The notes under the pieces are model-generated. The model did no database searches. It was not told where the DNA came from and was given only the letters and a program-made list of their open reading frames with translations. A stretch of 64,000 nt of DNA from Hypanus sabinus (Eukaryota), in assembly GCF_030144855.1 (NCBI RefSeq), contig NC_082715.1, positions 76,632,001 to 76,696,000 on the forward strand. Direction: 5' to 3'. The position numbers and the translations under genes are program-made. Numbering within the stretch: the stretch's first letter is position 1; each line of letters begins with the position of its first letter. Below, piece by piece: positions 23,966 to 36,551 of the stretch.

Positions 23966-24669
23966 ACAAACAAACAAATAAACAAATAAAATCAGTCCAT
24001 GAGTAGGGTGGATAGAATCCTTTATGATTTTACTGGCTTAATCAACTAATAACCTAATTGTTAAAAATTCCAGCATGTGATAACATCTTTAAATTGTTTA
24101 ACATGAAACAACAATATAAATATAAATAATTATTCTTCAAGGCATTTCAGTACTAAAATCTAAAGATATATTTAAGAATATATTTCAATTAGAGTCTCCT
24201 CAATGATAGCATATGTAGTTCATGCACACTTCTTTGTTCTAATTAAAAATGGATATGTGGAATACCTGCCCAGGGGTGGTGGTAGTGGCAGATACATTAG
24301 GAGCATTTAAGAAACTTTTAGATAGGCACATGTATAATAGAAAATGGAGGGCTACGTAAAAGGATAGAGTTCGATCAATCTTAGAATAGTTTAAAAGATT
24401 GGCACAGCATTGTGGACTGAAGGGCCTGTACTGTGTTGTGCTTTTTGTTCTATGTAATTCAAAACAGTAGGAATAATCCAGACATCCTGTATGTTGTAGT
24501 AAGATAGAGGGATGGAGCTGAAACACAGCAGTTATAACTGAAATGGCTGTTTGATCCAGTCTGCTCCCATCAGTGTTAATCCATTAAACAACCTTATTCC
24601 CACAACCCTCTACTTCCTTTATCTTCAGTCGCTTATCTAACCTATTAGATATTATAATGTAATCTTCAT

Positions 24670-25232
24670 TCTCCCTCTCCCACCCACCTACCTTCCCCCT
24701 CATGGGGCTTCACCTATCACATTCCAGCTTGTACTCCTTTGCCTCCCCCCCCCACCTTCTTATTCAAAGTTCAAATTCATTATGAAAGTACAAATACTAT
24801 ATACAAACTTGAGATTCATCTTCTTGTAGGCAGCCACAAGACAAAGAAATACAATGGAAGCCACAAAACAAAAACACAAGTATCAACAAACATCCAATGT
24901 GTGAAAAAACCAAGAAATTGTGCAAATAATAAAAAAGATAAACAAATAATACACAGACCATTATGCAGAGTCTCCAAAAGTGAGTCCACAGCCACAGAGT
25001 CAGTTTTGTGCTGAGACAAGTGCCGATAGCTTCAGAGTCAATTCAGCTCTGAGAGGAGTAAAACCTCACGCTTTCTGGCTTATTTTCCCTTCTTTCCAGT
25101 CCTGATGAAAGGTCTCAGCCTAAAACATAGACTCTTTATTCCTTTCACAGATACTACCTGACTTGCTGAATTCCTCCAACATTTTGTGTGTTACACAAGA
25201 TTTCCAGCATCTGCAGAATGCCTCGTGTTTAA
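24670..25232 (+). mobile_element. Penelope-like terminal region interrupted by a minus-strand Rex1-like tail (about 24765-25070)
   Basis: Pyrimidine tract, then cagtcCTGATGAaaggtctcagcctaaaacatagac and the terminal repeat. Confidence 0.75.
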
Positions 25233-26489
25233 GATATTGTAATGGTCCCTAGTTTCAATCATTAATGTCAGTAGAACCAGATATTATACCTGGTTGTTTT
25301 TAGAACTCATATTCAAATATTACAGTAAATGTATTATAACCAATCCATTACAGAGATGACTATATATTCAGAAAAAGTTAATAATTGTAATTCATTTGTT
25401 ACATTTTTCCCATTATAGCTTATAATCACTTAGATGCACATATATCTTTCTTAGCTGAAACAATAATATGTCTTCTTTTTATATTTCACCCAATAATTAC
25501 TCCCTCCCATTTTGACACTGATAATGGACTTTTTATTGCACTTTCTTCAATAGACTTTTCCCTTCAAGGTGCCACTTGCTCCCAATCCAATTTCCTCTCC
25601 CTGACTTGAATTAAGCAGACAGGGCAGTCAATGTTTCAGACATTACCAGAACTACCTTAGCTCCATGATTGAAGAACAAATTGAGATAATCAGTCAATTT
25701 TTTTTGCCATTTCTCTTACCCGAAAGGCAAATATTGAAATGGAATCATTCACTTGCATGGAGCATTTCATTTAACAGCTGGGACTCAAATCTCCAGCTGG
25801 AAATCTGCCATATATCTGTTTAAAATATTGGACCACTTATCATTTATAGTATCATTTTCCCCCTCACTCTTACATGCTGGAAATGCAATTAATTCTGGTG
25901 ATAAAGTCGCATTGGTTTAATGATGGTTTTCACAATGTTATCAACATGAAAATACTAAAATGCGCTCCACGGCTATGGATTCATGCCCAGAAACTCCGCA
26001 ATTCACGTTCCATGTGTTTTTATTTACTTTTTTTCACTGTTTGTGCAATTTGATCAAGGCGCTTCAAAGCAGAACTGGCTCTGCAGTTGTGGCCTGCAGT
26101 CATGGACTGAGTCAGTGGCTGTGTCCTGTAGCCATCAGTTTCACTCACCTCAGCAGCATGTGGAGTTGACTTACTTTTGGGGACTCTGCAGTTTGTTGAT
26201 TAATATTCTATGTGTTACTTGTTTGCTTTGTGTTATTTCCACAATTTGCATGTTGGGTGTTTGATGGTCTTTGTTTTGTGGCTGCCTGCAAGAAAATAAA
26301 TCTCGAAGTTGAATACTGTTTACATACTTTGAAAATAAATGTTCTTTGAAACTTTAACTGTAATTATTGAATTAATACAGTATAATATCACAACATCAAT
26401 CATTGCACACTAGTCAGCACCAGAAGCAAGTAGCTTCAGGCGTTTACGCAGTGCAAATCTCATTCATGATATTATAATTGTAACCAATT

Positions 26490-26812
26490 ATAATTGGTTG
26501 GAATTTGATACTAGCTATTAGGTCCTCGGTGTCTAAGTCGATAGAGAAGCCAGGGCAGTACAACGTAGAGAGCAAGCTGTTGCCCATGCAGCAGACTCCC
26601 CCTTCCCATGCAGGTGAAAGAAACAGCAGAGACCGATACAATTTGGCATCGGCAGTGTCACAGGAGTTGCCAGTAAGCATTGAATTCAATGTAGGATAGC
26701 ATTAAGGACTCCAGCTTCAGATTTTCCTTGGGGTTTACCCCTGAAGCATTCCCCATAAGTATGTGTAGTCACAAAGCAGTGGAGGTTTGAGGTCAGAGTT
26801 TTCCTTCTCCAA
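26490..26812 (-). mobile_element. Probable RTE-clade LINE 5' region remnant
   Basis: Minus strand ggagaaggaaaactctgacctcaaacctcc and a tttggca...caggagttgccag motif that is also seen near 28645. The family call is from recall only. Confidence 0.4.
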
Positions 26813-26864
26813 AAAAGAGGGAGTTTTCTTAATGAAACAAGAAGAGTGTAAAAGGGCTGGAAAT

Positions 26865-27265
26865 GATGCGGATGATGGAATTTTGTGGCCATGTTTCTGG
26901 ATGATACAAAGGTAGGTCGAGGTGGCAGACAGTATGGGGAAGCAGAGATTCTGCAGAAGGACTGGACAAATTAGGAGAATGGGCAAAGAAATGGCAGCTG
27001 GAATACGGTGCAGGGAAGTGTATGGTCATGCACTTTGGTAGGAGGAATAAACATGTAGACTATTTTCTAAACAGGGAGCAAATTCAGAAATTGAAAGTGC
27101 AAAGCAGAGGTTAATAGATTCTTGAATAGTAAGGGCATTAAAGTTTACACAGAGAAGGCTGGAGAATGGGTTAAGAAGGGGAAAAAGATCAGCTATGATT
27201 TATTTTGGAGCAGACCAGACAGGCTGAGTGGCCTAATTACGCTCCTATACCTTATAATATTATGA
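26865..27265 (+). mobile_element. CR1 fragment
   Basis: RT C-terminal remnant and 3' tail. Confidence 0.75.
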
Positions 27266-28439
27266 AATGTAGGAGAAATTATTTTAGCATGTATTAGAAA
27301 TCCTGATGAACTTTATCAAATAGTTTTACAATTGATTCATGGAAATAATGCTATAGTGTATTAATTCTATAGAATATCTTTTAAAATATTCAACCCAAAA
27401 CATAACTAGAAACAACAACATGAAAATTAATACAAAGATACAGGAAACAGAGGACAGTGTCAGTTGAGAATTTGCCATATTCTTCAGGCATGACTGGGTT
27501 AAATCAGTAACTGTATGCTCCACAGGTCATGAAAAGGGGGAGTCTGTACTTCAGTCTATGCTTACTGGCCTCACTATTATGCAGCTACACTGAATCATAG
27601 ATTTTTGACTTGTAAGGGAATTGAATATGTATGTTTGTAATTGTAACAAGAAATGTTTTGGTTGTGTTAGACTAGTGATAATGAATGTAGGAGCTCTGCC
27701 TTACTCATCTTAAGTGAAATGCAAGCAAATTGAAAACATGGTCCTGTTTGTCTAACTGTCAGGCAAAAAAGTTTAATTGGATATCTTTTTGTTTTCCTCG
27801 ATTATATTTTCCTCGCTTTTTATCAATACCTATATTTCTTCTAATTCACAACGACTATTATGGAGAAGAAATGGTGCATTGAGATTACATTGTAAAATGG
27901 ACGGTTTATAGACTTGTGTTGTTTTTTTAAAAATAGAATCTTTCCTTCTTCTGACATCACGCATGAATGCAAGGCTAGCAGCATGTTACTATTCCCAGAG
28001 GGTGGGTCTATAATGATTTTTTAAATAACATACATGAAGTGCTGGAGGAATTCAGCAAATCAGGCAGCATCTATGAAGGGGAATAAAGAGTTGACATTTT
28101 AAGGATGACCTACTTTTTAGAAATCCATGCTAGCTGTTCCTGGTCAAATAAAAATATCCAATGAGAGGGGATCCACCAATCACAGTTCAGAAGCAGGTAT
28201 TGATTGGCCAAATAAAGATTCAAATCTTCCTTTGGAGAAGAGAAAGAGCACTTTGCTCTTCCTGGCTGACAAGATTCCTATAAAAAACCCTTGGAACCAA
28301 ATGATCCCATATTTATCTTCCTTTGTAACATGCAGCTGCTTTTTAAATGCTCAGTGGGATTTTATCTCATAAATGTTTGACTTCAGAAAGGTATACGTTC
28401 ATGTCTTGCAATCATTGGCATAAAAATGGTGACATACCT

Positions 28440-28900
28440 ATACATGGCAGGTTATGTGTTTCCAGATATATCTTTAACCATCTCTTCAGCTGTGTGCTGT
28501 CATCCGTCTGTTTCAAAGGACAATGGGTGATGATGATCATCACAATCCTGGGCAGAAGGTATGGAGATCCTGAGATGTCTAGTTGTCAAGATCCCCCTCT
28601 TGGCCTCACCAGTGTAGTCCAAAGGAAAACTTAGGAAGCAATATGTTTGGCACCAGCTTGACTGCAGGAGCTTCCAGAAGGATGTTCATTGATGTCGAGC
28701 CGCCTTAGGGGCTCCATTGTGGTTTTGCTGTCTGGGTTTTCTCCTGTAGACTTCTCTCCTGAGGCTGCATACAAAGCAGTGGAGCTATTTACCTATTGTT
28801 TGGGATTTGGTTCACAAGCACCAGGACATGTCTGCATGCTGGTGGGCCTGACCTCCTCCCTGTCCTCTGAAGTTCAGCCTGAGTCTAAGTTTCCGTGTGT
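28440..28900 (-). mobile_element. Probable RTE-related repeat remnant
   Basis: gtttggcaccagcttgactgcaggagcttccag...ccttagggg(c)tcc resembles the 26490-26812 repeat. Confidence 0.35.
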
Positions 28901-31900
28901 TGCCAACGAGGAGGCTCTACATGCAGTTTGCTGTTGGAGAGGCTATGTATTGTCAGGGAGAGACTTACACATTCAGCTCTCCTTTTCAGAAGATTGCTAG
29001 CCAGCGGTGGAAGCTGAAAGGGAAAGCAACAAGCATTACCCACTACACTAGACACATCACAGCAACCATTTGTTGTCATGACTATTGTCAATATGTAAAT
29101 AGTGTCTGAGGTTGTAGGCATTTTTATCTAAAAGGTCTGCTGTCTATGAGGACTTTTGTATGTCCTCCCCGTGACCAGTTGAGTTTCTTACATGCTCGAG
29201 TTTCCTCCCACATTCCAAAGATGTACGGGTTAGGGTTAGTAAGTTGGGGCATGCTACATTGATGACAGAAACTTGACGACTCTTGCAGAATGTTCCCTGC
29301 ACATTCTCGATCTGTGTTGGTTGTTGACACAAAAAATGCATTTTACTGTTTGTTTTGATGCAAATGTGGCAAATCTTTATAATTTTAAAGAATGGATTAA
29401 TATGATTCAAAGAGAATCAATAACAAGTGTTAATGTGGATATGACATAGTTTGAGATGATTTTTTTCTTTGTATTTTTAAAATATTTTAATTATACCCAA
29501 TCCATATGTTTTAAAAAATAAAGTATTACCACCATCAATGTCCTGGGAAATGAAGGCAACTTTTTTCTACTTCTATTGCCTGATGTCATTATCAAATACT
29601 TAACAAAAATTGAATATACGTACAATACAGTTCCCTCTGATGTTTGTAAACTAGTGAGAAGGACAAGTCCATTCGATTAAACTTATCTTGAATATCTTGA
29701 ATAATATTTTATCTAAACCTTCTGAATTTAATCTTTCATCTAAAAAGATCTTGTAAATCTCAAAGTATTGCCTGAATGCCCAAGTGAATACTTATATATA
29801 TATTTTCTTAAAATGTTATGGTTTATTTTATGTATTGCACTATACTGTTGTCACAAAACAACAAATTTCACGATATATATCAGTTACAATATACCTGATT
29901 CCGATTGCTGAGGTTAAATTAACTGGAAAGCAATCATTGTCCAAACTGTTACATTATAACTAACACAAAAGTATGTTCTCTTTCAGAGGACGGAGAGAAC
30001 TTGGGGATCGTTTTACCTTGAAGTGTTGCACTTCTTGTTTGATGGGCATAAATGATGCCCTTAGTTCTGAAGATTTACTAAGCAAGTGATCTAACTTTAC
30101 TCTTTGAAGAACCATGTGGAGATTGTAAGCTAATAAAACCAGATACATAGTTTTATTCTGATGCTGAAGCATAATTAATACTACATCTAAAATTAATTAC
30201 CTATATACATAACTCAATCTGCAAATTATAGAAGCAAAGACATTGATTTCTTTTGGACAATGGGCTCAGGTATTAAAACATCTGCAGGTGAATCTTTTTC
30301 CTCTAAAACTTTTTTTAAAAATCAAATGATGCTTCCTATTTCTGTTTGTTTGACACACCTAGTTTGTGAAATGGTACCCACATACTTAAGAAGGTATTAC
30401 AGGGTTAGATGCAACAGACAAAGTGAGCAAGAACATACATTTATTCTATTTTTTAAAGTTAAGTAAAATATCAAATATTATCTCCAGTCTTTCTGAGATT
30501 ATTTTAATGAACATATGCAAATAATTTAAAGTCACCATGATTTACTCAGAATGACCTCAGACTCATGGCTATAAATTTTGAAGACACACACTTCATGAAA
30601 TGTAATAATCTATCCATAAAAATCCTGAATGAATGCACAGAGGGAAAATGCAATACAAAAGTCCCAAGTTCTGTAACTTATCACAATATATAAGAACAGT
30701 TGTGCAGTTTGCTTTTCTGAAATGAGTTTCTATTTGTGCCTTCACACCAATCACTCAGATAATCAACCAAACAGAAAATCAGACACAAGGCACCGTGTGT
30801 ATAATAAACTGAAACTGATGGACTGTAAAAGAATGTATTATCACATGTCGAATGTCTTGCATGGTACATTTGGAATTTCTGCTGTGAAATAGGGTGACAT
30901 TTCTGGGACTATAATAGCAAGGAGCACATCTGGCAATTACTATCACATTTCACAGAATTCTGCAGCTGCTTGTTGACAAAAATGTTAATATCTGTGTTTG
31001 CTACTCCAACTTCAAATAACAATGATAATTGGTACGCACTTATTTCTTCGTTTAGAAATGATTTGAAAGAAAACTAGAACAGACATTTAGCATAAAAGTG
31101 TAAAAAGGACATTTGCTATAAAGTCAGGACTAAGAATTTCAGGTAAATGAATACTGTAGCATGATAAACCTACATTTGCAAAACGTTTGGGGATTGCAAA
31201 TGTTAACCAGCAAGAAATTGAATGAGTTCAGTTTAATATCAGAGAAAATTTGAACTCATCCAATAAAAGATTTGAGGCCATATTAATTCTTGATTGTGCC
31301 ACTATGAGTGACTCCTTTCAGGTTAAGGTCTAACTCCCTCAGGATCACTAATTGTAGTTGTTCTTGTTTTATGTTAAACTATTCAAGCATATGTGTTGCT
31401 TCATTCAGAGATTCACTTTCTGCAACTGACACCTTCACTTTGGTAAGTATCAGGCATGACATCAATGGACAAGAATGACTCTTGTTGCTCCATTTCCAAA
31501 TCAATTAGGAGCATTTCTTTGACTTTGGTGTATATCATATACAAGTACAAGCCAATATCAAGCTGAAATCAGGTATCATTACAACACTGAGAATGCATCA
31601 GAAGTACTTCATTAGCTGTGGAATTCTGAGTTCATGAAGGTCTTGAAGCAGGCTATGTAAATATATCTTTTCCTGGGATGTTAAAATTGTGAAAGTTTTG
31701 CTGTTCATTGAAAAGCAATAACTTGAGGTTTGCCAAATTTCATCATACGAATGTCATCATAAAATTAAATATTCTCCTTTGATTGTCCTGAGTAGATTGA
31801 CCAGTAATAATATATTGTTACTATACAGCATGTTAATAATTACTTACTGAGCATATTCCAGCTTTTTGTTAACTGTTGTGAAAATTAAATTTTCCTTTCC

Positions 31901-32093
31901 TAGATTAAATAATTATGAAAAGTTATTTTATTGCCTGATCTAATAATTTAATAATTGATGTTAGGTAACAAATTCTCTCTATATGTTTAAATGCAAAGTT
32001 GCATGAGATCTTTTAACACTACACTAAGATTAACATTCATGTCTCTGCTGTTGTATAGTTAAATTATAAAGAAAAACACAGGGATTATTTGTT

Positions 32094-32221
32094 AGAGCAA
32101 ACACGAGGAAATTTGCAGATGCTGGAAATTCAGCATGTCTTGGCCTGAAACGTCGACAGTGCTTCTCCTTATAGATGCTGCCTGGCCTGCTGTGTTCCAC
32201 CAGCATTTTGTGTGTGTTGTG
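32094..32221. mobile_element. Small Penelope-terminus element with an inverted 5' piece and a 13-bp target duplication
   Basis: A minus-oriented terminus fused to a plus-oriented terminal repeat containing GAAACGTCGAC. Flanks gggattatttgtt (32081-32093) and gggattaattgtt (32222-32234). Confidence 0.7.
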
Positions 32222-32743
32222 GGGATTAATTGTTGGTGTGTTTAGATGGATGAGATGCATAGGAATTTCTTAATAGGCTGATTTGACTTATGTTGAATAT
32301 CAAAACGATTATTTGTCCTAGAGAATGTTTCAAGAGCCACTGCTAATGGTGCAAGAGCAAAATGATGTATAGTAAGTGGTATATAAAAAAGAAATCAGAT
32401 ATAGTATATATCCCTGACGAAGAGTCTTGGCCTGAAATCTTGACTGCTCGTTTCCACATATGCTGCCTGCCCTGCTGAGTTCCTCCAGTGTGTTGTACAT
32501 GTTGATGAAGATAGAAGAGATGGCTTATGAAAAGCTATTACAGTGCCAGTGACCCAGGTTCAATTCCACTGCTGTGACGAGTTTGTATGTTCTCCCCATG
32601 ATCACGTGGGTTTTCTCTGAAGCTCCAGTTTCCTCCCACATTCAACAAGATGTACAGGTTAATTGGTCACATGGGCATAATTGTGCAGCACGTACTTGTT
32701 GGACCAGAAGGGTCTGTTATCACACTGAATTTCTAAATAAGTA

Positions 32744-34227
32744 CAAACCCCATTTCCAGAAAAGTTGGTATATTTTCCAAAATGCAATAAAAACAAAAAT
32801 CTGTGATATGTTAATTCACGTGAACCTTTATTTAACTGACAAAAGTACAAAGAAAAGATTTTCGATAGTTTTACTGACCAACTTAATTGTATTTTGTAAA
32901 TATACACAAATTTAGAATTTGATGGCTGCAACACACTCAACAAAAGTTGTGACAGAGGCATGTTTACCATTGTGTTACATCAGCTTTCCTTTTAATAACA
33001 CTTTTTAATCATTTTGGACAGAGGATACTAATTGTAGTAGATTTGCAATTGGAAATTTTGTTCATTATTGCTTGATGTAAGACTTCAGCTGCTCAACAGC
33101 CCGTGGTCTCCGTTGTCTGATTCTCCTCTTCATGATGCGACATATATTTTCAATAGGAGATAGATCTGGACTGGCAGCAGGCCAGTCAAGCACACACACT
33201 CTGTGTCTACAAAGCCACGCTGTTGTAGCCCGTGCAGAATGTGGTCTGGCATTGTCCTGCTGAAATAAGCATAAACATCCCGGGAAGAGATGTCGCCTTG
33301 ATGGCAACATATGTCTCTCTAAAATCCTAATATACACCTCAGAGTCAATGGTACCTTCACATACACGCAACTCACCCATGCCGTGGGCACTGATGCACCC
33401 CCATACCATCACAGATGCTGGCTTTTGCACCTTTCACTGATAACAATCAGGATGGTCGTTTTCATCTTTAGCACAGAGAACTTGACGCCCGTTTTTTCCG
33501 AAAACTAGCTGAAATGTGGACTCATCTGACCACAGCACACAGTTCCACAGTCTTTCAGTCCATCTGAGATGAGCTTGGGCCCTGAGAACTCACTGGCGTT
33601 TCTGCATAGAGTTGATGTATGGCTTCCTCCTTGCGTAACACAGTTTCAAGTTGCATTTCTGGATGCAGCGACGGACTGTGTTAAGTGACAATGGTTTTCT
33701 GAAGTACTCCCAAGCTCAGGTGGCTATAATTGTCACAGTAGCATGACGGTTTCTTGGGCAGTGCCACCTGAGGACTCAAAGATCACGCACATTCAACAGT
33801 GGTTTCCGACCTTGCCCTTTACACACTGAGATGTCTCTGAATCTTTTCACAATATTATGTACCGCAGATGTTGAAAGACCTAAGTTCTCTGCAATCTTGC
33901 GTTGAGAAATGTTCCTTTTGAACGGACTAAAAATTCTCTCACGAATTTTAGCACAAAGGGGTGAGCCATGACCCATCCTTGCTTGCAAAGACTGAGCCTT
34001 TGATGGATGCTACATTTATACTCAGTCATGATACCTCACCTGCTACCAATTAGCCTGCTTAATGTTGAGTCTTCCAAACCGGTGTTACTTGAATATTCTG
34101 TGCACTTTTCAATCTTATTTCAATTCTGTCCCAACTTTTGTTGAGTGTGTTGCAGCCATCAAATTCTAAATTTGTGTATATTATTGCATTTTGGAAAAGA
34201 TCCCAACTTTTCTGGAAATGGGGTTTG
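32744..34227 (-). mobile_element. Tc1-family DNA transposon, TIR to TIR, with a disrupted DD34E transposase
   Basis: TA|caaaccccatttccagaaaagttgg ... ccaacttttctggaaatggggtttg|TA. HTH in ORF 33776-33988; WSDES, QQDNARPH and SPDLSPIEN motifs with 34 residues between D and E; frameshifted. Confidence 0.95.
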
Positions 34228-35439
34228 TAAATGCAATCATGGTTCAGGACACTGAAGCTAATAATTAGAGCATTAGCACTGAGCCAACTGCCAAAGGGAA
34301 TGAATGTGGATATGACAAGTTCAAAGAATGCAGGTTACCAAGTTTTCATTAGCATGGTACTCCGAGTTGGTGGAGGTGTATGTTAAGCATTACATACTGC
34401 AGCATACGAAATGTAACCACCACTTCAGACGCCAGCCGCTGTTATGAGAAACAGCCTGATAATCAGATTAAGGATATTGGAAGTATCTGCTTGTGCCAAC
34501 ATAATGAAAATGGAAGAATATTTATACTGATCTAGAGTTTCCGTTATGCTAAGTTGCCATGTATTAAACATTCAAAAAGGGTTACAGTGCGGCCAGATAT
34601 GCAATTGTAAAGTGACAATAAAATTACGTAAAAGTGTGTTCTGATATATTCAAACAAAAAGAAAAAAGCTTACAAGTCCTGTAAATCTGAAAATAAACAT
34701 GAAACTATACATTAAATCTAAATTTGTAAAGCAAAAGGTGAGATAGCTTTATTCACAATTGTATTCAGTTGATAAGTGCATAGTTTGGCTGTAATCTTTT
34801 GTAAAAATACAATTTACACGAAGCATTAACATTTTCTTTTTATCATGAACAAAAAAACCAAAATGCTCTTCTGTTATTTTTATTGTATTTCATGTTATCC
34901 ACAAAAACTGATTTCTTGGACAATTTTTGATACTTTTCCCAATCGATTGAAGTTATGTTGCCTGATATCACAATTCATTTTCAGTAGAAATTGCAAATTA
35001 AATTCTTTGGTAATGGGGATGCACATGATATATATATGACTCAAAGGTCAGCTTTGAATAGTGGGAGGAAGTGGAGAGAAAAATACAAGAGTCAGAATTT
35101 AGGTTATTGCATCTTAGTAATTGCTGTACTTACAGGTTATGGAGAAATTAAACATGAGGATACTATTTAATGTAGCTTGAGCTTCTGAAAAACTGTTTAG
35201 ATACTTCATTATGAACCAGGATGATGCACAAATGAGACATTATGTGGAACACAGCCTACTTGGGAGAGTTTAGATAAGATAAAGTTCATTGAGAGTGAGT
35301 GATAAAATGACGACTAGTCCAAAGAATAATAGGATTGAATCTGAAAGCTTAATGAAGACATGGAAGGAGAATCCAGGACCACCAAATAAACTGAGTTAGG
35401 AGCAGAAGCAAGTGATGGAAATAGAGAATTTGTATTAAT

Positions 35440-35855
35440 GACACTAAAAGCCTGAGGCTATCTTAGCCCTGGGCCTGTATTCACTTGTTTAGTAGAATGA
35501 GGGAAAATCTTCTTTGAAACCTATTGAATATTGGAAGGCCTAGATTGAATAAATGTGATGAGGATGTTTCCTATAATGAGGGAGTCTAGGACTAGAGAAC
35601 ACAGCTTCAGAATAGAAGGATGTTCCTTTTGAAAAGAGATGAGGAGGGTGGTGAATCTGTGGATTTCATTGCCACAGGTGGCTGTGGAAGCCAAGTTATT
35701 GGGTATATCTGAAGTAGAGGTTGATAGATTTCTGATTACTAAGGTGTTGAAGGTTATGGGGAGAAGGCAGGAGAATGGGGTTGTATGGGATAATAAATCA
35801 GCCATGATTGAATGGATGAATAAATAGACTAATTCTGTTCCTATGTCTTATGGCC
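35440..35855 (+). mobile_element. CR1 3' fragment
   Basis: RVVNLWISLPQVAVEA and the CR1 tail. Confidence 0.8.
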
Positions 35856-36551
35856 TTAAGGATGCAAAGTTTGATTCAGCTGGAATAGTTCAAAGTTCAA
35901 AGTAAATTTATTATCAAAGTACATATGACAATATATACAACCCTGAGATTCATTGTGGCAGAAGAGAGGAATGGAGTTGCAGAGAATTTGTGATGGGTGT
36001 GAAAACAATTGCTTTCCTTTCTCCAGCTGTAGAATTTTATGTTTAGGGTGGTTATGAAACAAAGATTTTACGACATAAGGAATAGCAGGCTCAAGAAAAA
36101 TGCTGGCAGAGGTGGGGCTTGTTAACATGCAGTTAGAACCCAATCAAACATGTAATGCTTGCAGGGGACAGCATGACAGAGGATGAAATGAAGGGCTCCT
36201 CAGGAGAATTGAGGTCCAAGATTGGAAAGAGCAGGAATTGTTATAAATATTAATGCTACAATTGAATAAGTAGAAAACAAGGAAAGCACAAGAGTGGACA
36301 ACGGAGGAAAGCATTTAAGAAGGAAGGTATTGTTTACTGCATCAAAGTAGTCAGAGAGGTTGAGAAATAGAATACTTTCAGATGAAGTCTGAAAATTCAA
36401 TCTAATATGAATTTTGTCACATACTGTACATGATACACAGTATATTGTAGATAAAATGTTCCCAAGCATAATTGAAACAAGTTAGAAGAGACTTTTATGT
36501 TGCTGAGTACACATTCACATCAGTGGAAATCTCAAGAACTATGGTGATAAA

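Noticed and set aside
26490-26830. Possible HDV-like ribozyme at the 5' end of the RTE-like remnant
   Set aside because: The copy appears truncated at ggagaaggaaaac, and no nested double pseudoknot could be built.
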